DNA of 64,000 nt. It comes from Giardia intestinalis. Lineage: Eukaryota. The position numbers and the translations under genes are program-made. Below are positions 55,970 through 64,000 of the stretch, in pieces. The notes below the pieces were generated by a model. The model saw only the letters and a list, made by a program, of their open reading frames with translations. It did no database searches and was not told the DNA's origin. Where the stretch lies: assembly GCA_000002435.2 (NCBI GenBank), contig CM018791.1. The stretch is one strand, 5' to 3'. How positions within the stretch are numbered: the first letter of the stretch is position 1; each line of letters starts with the position of its first letter.

Positions 55970-57403
55970 ATGCTGAAGAGAGACGAAGAGACAGATGCAG
56001 CCGGCAATCGACGGATGACCCCGAAGGCACTCCGAAAGATCTGTGTTGAAAAGGGAGGGTACGCGACACCGGAGCTCAACGACACCGTGTACTTCCATTA
56101 CAAGGGCTTTTCACGCATCGAAAATCTTGACGCATATGTCGGAGTGAAGGCCTTGTGGCTAGAGGGAAACGGCTTTTTCAAGATTGAAAATCTGGAACCA
56201 CTGCAAAATCTGGTGTGTCTTTTCTTGCAGGAGAACCTGATTTCTAAGGTAGAAAATCTGGATAAGAACCCAACTATCAGGCAGTTAAATCTTGCAACAA
56301 ATCAGATCAGATCAATCGGGGATGGACTTTGCAAGCTCGTCAATCTAGAGACTCTCAATCTCTCCAACAACATGCTAGAGACGGTCGATGACCTCAGAGG
56401 GTTGGTTGAGGCTACTGATCCCGACACGAACGAGCTGGTGCCCGTCTGTCAGAATCTCTCCGTGCTAGACCTATCTAAGAACCGGATTGAGGACCCTGCT
56501 ATAGTAACTATCCTTCAGCGTCTTCCTAATTTGAAGGTTCTTAACCTCATGAACAACAAGATTGTGCGTACAATGGAGCGGTACCGAAAGACGATCATTC
56601 ATGCATGCCCAAAGTTGACATATTTGGACGATCGGCCCGTCTTTGATGATGAGCGTCGCGCAGTCACGGCTTACTTTGCGGGAGGCCCTGAAGCAGAGAT
56701 AGCTGAGAGAAGACTGTGTCTGGCTGAAAAGCGCGCAGAAGAATCTGCACAGTTTGTCTCAATGCGTGCCTTTCTCAATGGCACGTCACGTGACGAGTGC
56801 ATCCAGATAGGCAATCGAGAACGCGAACGCTATATGAAGAGGTTCCACGAAACTGGAGAGGTGGACCAATATGGTGGCCGGAATCACGCTGAGGAGGTCA
56901 CCGCGGCAGATCCCAAGTACCTCTATCCAATTTGGTCTCTTGAGGAGGTCGAGTCTGTTTCTAAGGAGAGCCTCAAATCACGGATAGTGGTGCCCATTCA
57001 ACTACACAGCATGGCAACCGCTTCGGCAAAATCAGAGGATGTCCCCGAGTTGGAAGAGGTCACACTTGATGAAAGTGGCAATGTGGTTACCGTGCCGTTG
57101 GCTAAAGAGGAAGTGGACTCTGCGGGGGATATAACGGATATTGGCTTTGATACAGGCTTAGGCTCAGAGCGCGACTCTGAAGATGTATACTACGACAGTT
57201 TGCCTAGAAACACGCTCGACCCCCTTCCCTCCAAGGCTCTACCTCCTGCCATGGAAGCAGACACTAGTAATAATGACCAGTTCACTTCAAAAGATAAGCT
57301 AGAGCAAGGGCCGTGTGAACCTGTGCCGACGCAAGAGGATGGACCGCCAGCCAACAAACAGGAAGATAAGGAGGACGGATGTGATTTCTCCGAGCCGGAT
57401 TAG
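55970..57403 (+). CDS. Leucine-rich-repeat protein, DNAAF1/LRRC50/ODA7-like axonemal dynein assembly factor (477 aa)
   Basis: The track ORF starts at TTG, and the first ATG is at 55970. TPELNDTVYFHYKGFSRIENLDAYVGVKALWLEGNGFFKIENLEPLQNLVCLFLQENLISKVENL...LDLSKNRIEDPAIVTILQRLPNLKVLNLMNNKIVR...LTYLDDRPVF parallels the DNAAF1 LRR + LRRcap region ([43 protein letters not shown]...LTYLDDRPVF). The comparison is from memory. An acidic C-terminal tail follows. Confidence 0.8.
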   Translation: MLKRDEETDAAGNRRMTPKALRKICVEKGGYATPELNDTVYFHYKGFSRIENLDAYVGVKALWLEGNGFFKIENLEPLQNLVCLFLQENLISKVENLDKNPTIRQLNLATNQIRSIGDGLCKLVNLETLNLSNNMLETVDDLRGLVEATDPDTNELVPVCQNLSVLDLSKNRIEDPAIVTILQRLPNLKVLNLMNNKIVRTMERYRKTIIHACPKLTYLDDRPVFDDERRAVTAYFAGGPEAEIAERRLCLAEKRAEESAQFVSMRAFLNGTSRDECIQIGNRERERYMKRFHETGEVDQYGGRNHAEEVTAADPKYLYPIWSLEEVESVSKESLKSRIVVPIQLHSMATASAKSEDVPELEEVTLDESGNVVTVPLAKEEVDSAGDITDIGFDTGLGSERDSEDVYYDSLPRNTLDPLPSKALPPAMEADTSNNDQFTSKDKLEQGPCEPVPTQEDGPPANKQEDKEDGCDFSEPD

Positions 57404-57410
57404 CTGTCGG

Positions 57411-57698
57411 CTATCCTCCGTGAACCATGGACAGGAATGTCACCTTGTCTCCCGCCCTTATTCTGGTATCCTTTGGCAGTACGGTAATATCTTGATCGTT
57501 AATCAATGCGATGATCCCAGGGGCCAGATTGCTCTGAGGACCAGTAAATACGTTCCCATGCTTCTCTAAAAGCTTTGTGGCAACGTAGTCAACGACTTCT
57601 GTGAAGTCAACTGGGTGTGTCACAAGCATTTCGTGGTCGCTCTTCTTCGTTTTGGAGAGCTGCTCCAGGCCTGCCAAGAGCTCGATAGTTATGGACAT
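57411..57698 (-). CDS. URM1: Ubiquitin-related modifier 1 (URM1; beta-grasp, C-terminal GG)
   Basis: 95 aa ending ...PGIIALINDQDITVLPKDTRIRAGDKVTFLSMVHGG. This matches the Urm1 C-terminus (PGIITLINDTDWEL...DGDIISFTSTLHGG) and beta-grasp layout. Its stop is 7 nt from the DNAAF1-like stop. Confidence 0.9.
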   Translation of the reverse strand: MSITIELLAGLEQLSKTKKSDHEMLVTHPVDFTEVVDYVATKLLEKHGNVFTGPQSNLAPGIIALINDQDITVLPKDTRIRAGDKVTFLSMVHGG

Positions 57699-58255
57699 TT
57701 TTAATTCCGGGCCTGAACGTGGGATTTTTGACCTCTATCTGTCTTGCGGCAATTACAAGCTCTACTACAAACACCGAAGTAGCACTTAGCAAGTGGTCTA
57801 GTATGTTAGTATTACAAAAGATGAACTACAATCCGGGCAACTGGCTTCGATCTCCTCTGCTCGCTGAGGCCATGTACTATGCTTCCTGCAACCGCGAGGT
57901 ACTAGCTCCAGAGAGCAAGGCCCATCAGTACATTCAGAGTCGCCACATACTAACTTTCCAGAGACCTCGAAGACAGTCTCAAAGAAGCGTGTGTGCAGTT
58001 TCCTGTGTCCCAAACCCCCCTCAGCTAGGAGCTCCTATGGTAGCCGACGAGGCCTGGAGGCCCAACCTGAGCTTCTTTGCCTCTTCACTTCCACGCTTTT
58101 TGGGAAACGTGCGCCGAATTCCAGGTGCACTAGACTCTATATTGTTCTCTCCCATCCAGAGGGTTGATCTGCCCCTAAGCGCACCAACAAAAGTAAAGCT
58201 GTGCAGATGAAGACAGCTAACGAGGGTTTATTCACTCACAATCTTGGCCACCGCT

Positions 58256-61200
58256 CTACAGGACAGATCTTGCTGCATGCTCTTCAAGAGGAATAGAATC
58301 CTGGGGTTGCATCTTCATATAGTTACTTGTTGGGCCCATTCTCTTGGCCTTCAATAAGAAAACAATCAGAGTAACGATCCCAGCGACTAGTACTACAGAA
58401 ACAACAGTAAGAGCTATGGTGATGCCGCTCATCACTTTATGCGTGGAGTACAGCTGCCTTACAGGGACAAACAAAGCGTCAGGGCTGACACACATCCCCG
58501 TCCCCGTAGAAACATAAGGTATGTCGCATATTGCGTCTCCAGGTCCAATGCAGATACCGTTCATCAGATTAGTGCATCCCACACGGCACGCCTCGGCGTG
58601 CTTGTACGATGTCTGGTCACAAGCACACGTAAAGACATAGTTGTCTAGCTGTGTACATATCCCGTTCCTATTACAATTGGAACCGCAGAAGCTTTCGCTA
58701 CAAGAACTGCCATAGAGTCCAAGACCACACTCGCACGAGCCCGTACTAACATCGCATCTTCCACCGGAGCCACAGTCTCCATTGATGGTGCACTGAAATG
58801 TGCTGCAGAATGCGCCTGAGTATCCTGGGCTACAATTGAATTGTCCTGGCGTCACATACACCTGCCCTCCCCCTAGGCTTTTGAAGGACTTCAGATGGGG
58901 GCAATGATTAAACGTGTCATCACTGTTGGCCCAGACCTTATCATAATTCCATCGCCTTTCCTTCGTCGCTCCCAAAGCACTGGGCTTCCTTAGATTGTCA
59001 ACAAAACCCTCTTTTGAAGGGTTACTTAGTGTTGGCAGATTTCGAAGATATGGGTAACCAGTCGTGTCATGACCAAAGATGCTATCATCAGCAAAGTTGA
59101 TTCCGTCATAGGTGGCACTATTCTGCATAGCATCGGCCCCGACACAGTGCAGCTGGCTTCCAAACTTGGCATTGAAATCGGCATTTGCGGTCGGTTCCCC
59201 ACAATTATCAGTGTTTGCCGTGTTCAGGTAGTAAACCTGACCCGCCATCGCTGCATTTATGTTGCTTACGTTCAGGCCACCGAAGGCTTTGGGTTGACCC
59301 TGACTCGTTAATCCTATGAAGCTCACATTGACTATCACCCTCCTGACCACTCCATCGTGCAGATAACCAATGACTGACCCAAGGTTTTTGGGCACAAAAC
59401 CGCTTATGCTTATCGGCTTTGTTTGATATGCAATAGAGTTGCTCACCGTACTTCCTAGGTGCAGGCTACCAACAATACCGCCAATACCGCCATCCAGTTC
59501 AGGAGAAGTTGCTGTCGTGTCTGAATACTCCATTGTTGTTTCGCCCACTCTTGCCCAACAGTCGTCAATAGCCCCAAGAGAGGAGACCAACCCACCGATA
59601 GTTCCCACGTGCGGTTGGACTTTAGTGCTGTTTATTTTCATCTTCATTGCCTTTACATCAGCAAAGCTGTCGCTAAGCTTTCCTGTCATAGTGAGCATGG
59701 AAAGACCTCCCAGCAGTGCAAGACGATTGCCCTCTATGCTATTGGCAGCGTCGACGGTGATGTTGATTGATTCGGCTCTTCCGTAGCACCGGTCGATGAA
59801 ACTATTACGATAAACTTCAGCTACAAACGATGCTCCTCCAGTAAGCGTGTCATCTGGAGCCTGGGTCTCATCATAGCCTGGATAGAGGGTTCTGAGGAAA
59901 GATGCCTTGACTTCCAGTGCTGTGTTGACGACGGCAAAGGAATCCTGGATGGTGCTTCTGTAGCGTAAGCTTCCTCCATACCCGGCAGCAGTTGAAAAAG
60001 CATACCCGCTACTGATAACCTTGTTCGTAACAGCATACGTGTTGCTTATCTGCAAGTACTCTGCATAGCCAACAAAGCCTGCAGATATGCTTGATTTCCA
60101 GGAAGTAGCTTTGTCCTCTCCGGATTCGGAGGAGTATATCACATCGCCATGAGCTGCACAGAGATAGATGGCGCCAGAATGGACGTGCTCATTTTCGGTG
60201 CGTGAAAGAAAGCCTGCAGCAATCCCATAGAGGCCTCCCGTTGCATTGACAAGCTTTGTGACAGCGGCTGAATTTTTAACGACGATAGAGGAATTCTGCC
60301 TGTGGAAAATCCCAATGAAACCGCCACAATATGAAACGCAGTTATCAGAAATGCACACAACTGACTCTGGATATGCATAGCATTCGTCGACATCGGCCGA
60401 GACACGCCCCGCAAATCCTCCCCCAGCAGTCTCCGGTCCCACGGAGACAGTCGGTGGTAGAGGTTGGTCTTGCGTATGGAGATGCACATTGCCAACGGAG
60501 GTGCAGTTGCGGATGGAGGATAACGACCATCCGACAAACCCGCCAGCAGTAATGTCACCAGCCGCTGTGACCCGAATGGTAGCGTTAGTCCAGGACGAAG
60601 AAGACATAGATGTACCACGAGTCAGATACCCGGCAGCACCACCAACGGTGGATATTCCAGTGACCTTCATGTTTGGAATAACAGCTCTGCTATGCTGAAT
60701 TGCACCGCATATCCCAGCAATTCCGCCCACAACAAGGTCGAGTTCATAGCTGAACCCTGTTGTTGCAGCACTACCCGTTCTGGTGACAGTAAGCTCAGCT
60801 GGATAGGACTCCGAACGTTGGACTGTACCCGTCGAATTGCCAACTATACCTCCCACAGTGAATCTAGCCGGGCCTGTAACTTTCAAGCTTCCTGTAGCAT
60901 GCACCGCAGACAGCGCAGCGTGTTCTACAAGGCCGACACCCATTCCAACATTCAAGCGAACTGTGTCACTTCCAGCAGTGGTAACCGTCATCTGGAGCTT
61001 TACCAGAATGTCTGAAGCAGGTTCCACTCCAGTTAGATATCCGAGCACGCCCCCAATGGAAATGGTCTCCGCAGGCGGGACGCTTAAAGAAGATGTAATG
61101 GACAGGGTCCCCTCTACCACAACCTGGCTGAAGTAAGAGTCGGTTGCAGTGGCAGCAAGGAGCCCAAAGTAGATGAAGCTGCCTTTAACCTCGGTGTTGG

Positions 61201-61519
61201 CGCGAATCTTGAGGTTGACGATCTTTGACTGGTTGAGATGCTTGAAGATACCGCCGTACCCGTCACTAAAGGTAAAGGAGGACACAGTGATCGTCTTTCC
61301 ACGACCATTGAGGGTCCCTGTGAATAGGGAAACGGGTTCCCAGTTCTCCGAAAGGGTGACGTCCGAACCTAGCTCCACAGCACAACAGGGACAGTCTGCA
61401 AGAGCTTTCAGCCCAGCCTCATCAGTAATAGTCAGTTGACGCGGAACGCATCCCAACGCACTGGCCAGCAGGAGGAGTATCACTCCTTTAAACATTTTTG
61501 TGGACAATGGGGTCAACAT
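58256..61519 (-). CDS. Type I membrane/secreted surface protein with GG[IVF][AV]G-repeat (beta-helix-like) ectodomain, EGF-like Cys modules and one C-terminal TM
   Basis: Signal peptide (MLTPLSTKMFKGVILLLLASALGC). About 12 spaced GGxxG motifs (VGGIAG, AGGFVG, GGFAG, GGFIG, TIGGLVS, GGIGGIVG). C-terminal EGF-like Cys spacing (CSPGYSGAFCSTFQCTINGDCGSGGRCDVSTGSCECGLGLYGSSC...). TM helix ITIALTVVSVVLVAGIVTLIVFLL plus a short tail. The track ORF starts at GTG. The first ATG (61519) is the more likely start, but a second ATG at 61495 is also plausible. Confidence 0.8.
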   Translation of the reverse strand: MLTPLSTKMFKGVILLLLASALGCVPRQLTITDEAGLKALADCPCCAVELGSDVTLSENWEPVSLFTGTLNGRGKTITVSSFTFSDGYGGIFKHLNQSKIVNLKIRANTEVKGSFIYFGLLAATATDSYFSQVVVEGTLSITSSLSVPPAETISIGGVLGYLTGVEPASDILVKLQMTVTTAGSDTVRLNVGMGVGLVEHAALSAVHATGSLKVTGPARFTVGGIVGNSTGTVQRSESYPAELTVTRTGSAATTGFSYELDLVVGGIAGICGAIQHSRAVIPNMKVTGISTVGGAAGYLTRGTSMSSSSWTNATIRVTAAGDITAGGFVGWSLSSIRNCTSVGNVHLHTQDQPLPPTVSVGPETAGGGFAGRVSADVDECYAYPESVVCISDNCVSYCGGFIGIFHRQNSSIVVKNSAAVTKLVNATGGLYGIAAGFLSRTENEHVHSGAIYLCAAHGDVIYSSESGEDKATSWKSSISAGFVGYAEYLQISNTYAVTNKVISSGYAFSTAAGYGGSLRYRSTIQDSFAVVNTALEVKASFLRTLYPGYDETQAPDDTLTGGASFVAEVYRNSFIDRCYGRAESINITVDAANSIEGNRLALLGGLSMLTMTGKLSDSFADVKAMKMKINSTKVQPHVGTIGGLVSSLGAIDDCWARVGETTMEYSDTTATSPELDGGIGGIVGSLHLGSTVSNSIAYQTKPISISGFVPKNLGSVIGYLHDGVVRRVIVNVSFIGLTSQGQPKAFGGLNVSNINAAMAGQVYYLNTANTDNCGEPTANADFNAKFGSQLHCVGADAMQNSATYDGINFADDSIFGHDTTGYPYLRNLPTLSNPSKEGFVDNLRKPSALGATKERRWNYDKVWANSDDTFNHCPHLKSFKSLGGGQVYVTPGQFNCSPGYSGAFCSTFQCTINGDCGSGGRCDVSTGSCECGLGLYGSSCSESFCGSNCNRNGICTQLDNYVFTCACDQTSYKHAEACRVGCTNLMNGICIGPGDAICDIPYVSTGTGMCVSPDALFVPVRQLYSTHKVMSGITIALTVVSVVLVAGIVTLIVFLLKAKRMGPTSNYMKMQPQDSIPLEEHAARSVL

Positions 61520-61546
61520 AACTGCAAGCTTCACCAGAAAAATGAA

Positions 61547-63853
61547 TCAAGTGAGGATTGCCTCAAGACTCTTCTTGAGAGCGTGGCCATCAGGATCTGA
61601 AGTGTTTATGTCTGCGATTGCAGCCTTGGCACGGACCAATCTCAATAAATCTCTATCTATAAGTAGTTGTGTGACAACCTCCATATAAAGGCTATTGGAG
61701 CGATATTTGGGGTACTTGAGTAGGCTTGTCAACGCTGCCTCTACAGACAGCTCTGTCAAGTGAGCGTATTCGAGGAAGGCAGGGCCTAGTTGTCCGAGTC
61801 CGTACGCTGCACTGAAGTCTCTGCTGTTGCGCTCTGAAAACAGCTCTGCTTGCATTGTCTCCGGAGCCGTAAAGGTCTGCTTGTGCGACTTCTCAAGCTG
61901 AACTCTCTTCTGCCGCAGCTTCAGCAGCCTCTCCCTGCATTGTTCAGTCGTAAGAATGCTGAACATCCCGTGTTCGGGAGTCCTCCCGGTCTTTTCCACC
62001 TCACTCAGGGACGATATCTTTTCCTCTATACTTACAATCTCCTTCTCTCCTGCTTGCTTCATCTGTTTAATGTATTCTGGGAGATTGCACACTGCCCTCA
62101 TGAAGATTGGCAGCAGAGTAGCAGACCTACAGAAGGTGTCCCGCATCGGGGGGCTCAGCCGTGGCCACAGCAGAATAGCAGTGATTGAGCTCTGCCTGCA
62201 AAGGAGCTCTAAAAGCTCCACATATGTAGGGAACTTCATGGTCAAATAGAGGATTAAATGGTCTGTGAAGGGCACTCGATTCTCAAAGCTGGTGCCCTGA
62301 ATTTGAAATGAGCCTAAGAAGTCGACCACATCAGTATATGTACGAAGAGTGTCAGCACTGGGTGAGTCTGTGTGCTTTTGAAAAATTGCCTCTAGCATCT
62401 GAAAAGTGGAACAGAGGAACTTCTTCTGAAGCGCCACAATCTTCTTCTGGTCTGCAATGCATTGTGCAGCGGATATTTTGATATTGAAAACAGTTGTATG
62501 ATCAGTCACTCTCTGCAGGAGGTCGTCATCTGAAGGTGCCTGGGTAAGACTATAGAGAGCCAGCAAGGTGTTAAGGATGCAACTAGTGTAGACTAGGATA
62601 GAAGCTGTTTCATGTGCAAAGATGCTGTCAATGGGAAAGAGAAGGGCAGATAGTAGTAGCTTTTCAACAATGGGTACATGATAGCTAATAAGATACAATG
62701 CTGACAAAGCAGCGGCTTGCTCGTTTAGAGTTAGCGCTAGAACACTGGCACAGCTCTGTCCATTGCGCACGTCAAGCTGATGCTGCTGACAAAGTTGCTG
62801 GAGATCTTCTTGGAGCATATCCGACAGTTCCCCAGCAGCGTCCGGGTGGGAATCAAGAAGGAGCAAAGTGGGATAAAGTACGTCCGCGTTGTGGAGTACA
62901 GAATGGGCCAGAGAAAACTTGGTAACTCCCTTGAGTAGGGAATAGTCTGCGAGTCCAGTAGGAAGGTTTGCGCGTATCAAATAAAGGTATACCAGAGCCA
63001 GCACCACAAGGGGAAAGTAGCAATATGAGAGCTGAGGATCTCCGTGTAGCGTATCTAGCTTTGCCTGAAGAAGTGGTGGAACAGCCTGCTTTACTTTCAT
63101 TGAGGCCTTTCGCAGAGCAACGGAAATTGGAAAGGCAGTGTGCGGCTGGCTACATGCTAAATCAATAAGGGCAATCAAATAGGCTGAAAGCATATCGGAC
63201 TTGTTTGCTGCATACTCCTCCATTAAGTACAGGAATGGCTGGTATCCGAACAGGGACTCTGAGTTCGTATCAGAACGGTGCAAGTCCCAAACAAGAATGT
63301 TGGAAGTTGAGATGGCTAGCGACTGCTGAGAAAAGAGCGTACTGGGATCAAATCGCCCCGAGCGTAGGCGAGGGCCACCTCGCGCCTCAGCATTTTGCTG
63401 CTGGATCTTTTCAACCATCTGTGCATGAAACCTGTCAACCGCTGCATTGCACTGGCTGATAAAGCAATTAGTCACAAACTGACCAAGAGTAGATACACAC
63501 AAGCCCACATTATAATTGGATACCCGCACAAGTGTGCAGAGACTGTCAAAGGACGGAGATAGTGCTTGGAGCTTCTGAGCTAGAGCCAGTATGCCTTTGC
63601 CCTCGTCTTGCTTTGTATGCTGGAGCCTGACGGCGTGTTCGTGCTCATAGTATATGCTCTTTGCATTTTCCAAATGAGTCTCGTTTATGGGGAGCCTTCT
63701 CGAGTCGCTCCCGTCGCGAGAAAAAAGGAAATCAGACTCTAGCAATGGGCCTGCGCTGAAGATAATAGAAAGGGAGTTGGCAGAGCCTCCCACTACTACG
63801 ATTCGCGGCTGCATGCTCTTCACGCGAACCTGTTTGACGTAAAAGTCTGCCAT
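61547..63853 (-). CDS. Hypothetical protein (768 aa from first ATG)
   Basis: The track ORF starts at a TTG. The first ATG (63853) follows ACAAAACTAATCACATTAATACAT. Largely helical. No recognisable domain. Confidence 0.7.
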   Translation of the reverse strand: MADFYVKQVRVKSMQPRIVVVGGSANSLSIIFSAGPLLESDFLFSRDGSDSRRLPINETHLENAKSIYYEHEHAVRLQHTKQDEGKGILALAQKLQALSPSFDSLCTLVRVSNYNVGLCVSTLGQFVTNCFISQCNAAVDRFHAQMVEKIQQQNAEARGGPRLRSGRFDPSTLFSQQSLAISTSNILVWDLHRSDTNSESLFGYQPFLYLMEEYAANKSDMLSAYLIALIDLACSQPHTAFPISVALRKASMKVKQAVPPLLQAKLDTLHGDPQLSYCYFPLVVLALVYLYLIRANLPTGLADYSLLKGVTKFSLAHSVLHNADVLYPTLLLLDSHPDAAGELSDMLQEDLQQLCQQHQLDVRNGQSCASVLALTLNEQAAALSALYLISYHVPIVEKLLLSALLFPIDSIFAHETASILVYTSCILNTLLALYSLTQAPSDDDLLQRVTDHTTVFNIKISAAQCIADQKKIVALQKKFLCSTFQMLEAIFQKHTDSPSADTLRTYTDVVDFLGSFQIQGTSFENRVPFTDHLILYLTMKFPTYVELLELLCRQSSITAILLWPRLSPPMRDTFCRSATLLPIFMRAVCNLPEYIKQMKQAGEKEIVSIEEKISSLSEVEKTGRTPEHGMFSILTTEQCRERLLKLRQKRVQLEKSHKQTFTAPETMQAELFSERNSRDFSAAYGLGQLGPAFLEYAHLTELSVEAALTSLLKYPKYRSNSLYMEVVTQLLIDRDLLRLVRAKAAIADINTSDPDGHALKKSLEAILT

Positions 63854-64000
63854 ATGTATTAATGTGATTAGTTTTGTGACAATGATCGCCCGCTTCTCTA
63901 GAGATTTCAAAAGGGGGCACAATAGCTTGAAGAAGGTGATCGCTGTCAAATGGAACTCTAATGGCAGCGTTATCTTGAGCTGACCGCATGGGTAAAAGGA

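Noticed and set aside
57655-57725. Apparent 1-nt offset between the printed sequence and ORF-track coordinates around 57661 (and again near 63.9 kb)
   Set aside because: Two ORFs in the track translate consistently only if one base in the printed line is ignored. The discrepancy is compensated by about 58.0 kb. I treated it as a transcription or formatting inconsistency rather than biology. Coordinates here may be off by 1.
1-64000. Prokaryote-style systems (operons, CRISPR arrays, restriction-modification, toxin-antitoxin, integrases/transposases)
   Set aside because: The gene content is unmistakably eukaryotic (eRF1, RPL21e, URM1, Pol III subunit, NEK kinases, ankyrin arrays). I saw no direct-repeat/spacer arrays, IS-like inverted terminal repeats or bacterial signals.
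1-64000. tRNA, snRNA and rRNA genes
   Set aside because: I scanned ORF-poor gaps (292-823, 44700-45120, 22300-23077) for T-loop-like GTTCGAATC / A-box-B-box patterns and GC-rich rDNA-like composition. Nothing convincing was found by eye. An Infernal scan is required before excluding small ncRNAs.

Overview
The window is gene-dense, intron-poor eukaryotic nuclear DNA with about 49% GC. I believe it is a diplomonad, most probably Giardia intestinalis. This is inferred from sequence signals, not a database hit. The signals are:

- Short AT-rich initiator tracts directly 5' of start codons.
- AGTAAAT-type polyadenylation signals, matching the AGTRAAY consensus, within about 15 nt of several stop codons.
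- Three NEK-type kinase-like genes fused to C-terminal ankyrin repeats.
- A CXXC/CXC high-cysteine membrane protein (HCMP-like).
- Dmc1/Rad51, eRF1, RPL21, URM1, an RNA polymerase III RPC2-like subunit, an AMPK-gamma-like CBS protein and a PIP5K-domain protein.
- BBS9-like and DNAAF1/LRRC50-like flagellar genes.
- Many large lineage-specific hypothetical and coiled-coil proteins.

About 33 protein-coding genes are supported. I recognised no rRNA, tRNA, CRISPR array or transposon.

The ORF track reports TTG/GTG alternative starts as M. I re-anchored those genes to the first in-frame ATG that has AT-rich upstream context.

The most unusual region is 43.9-47.3 kb. A 558-bp near-perfect inverted duplication forms two divergently transcribed paralogues of an unrecognised cysteine-string multi-pass membrane protein. 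Between them lies a GC-rich island carrying a VSP-like CXXC fragment. The elevated GC extends into the 3' half of the neighbouring PIP5K gene.

Other oddities:
- A single in-frame TAG splits a reading frame of about 2,160 codons.
- A CH-like ORF overlaps the 5' end of a roughly 2,400-aa coiled-coil gene.
- A NEK pseudokinase has HRD replaced by HQN.
- An HCMP lacks a signal peptide.
- A low-complexity insertion sits in the Pol III subunit.
- Convergent gene pairs have 7-12 nt between their stop codons.
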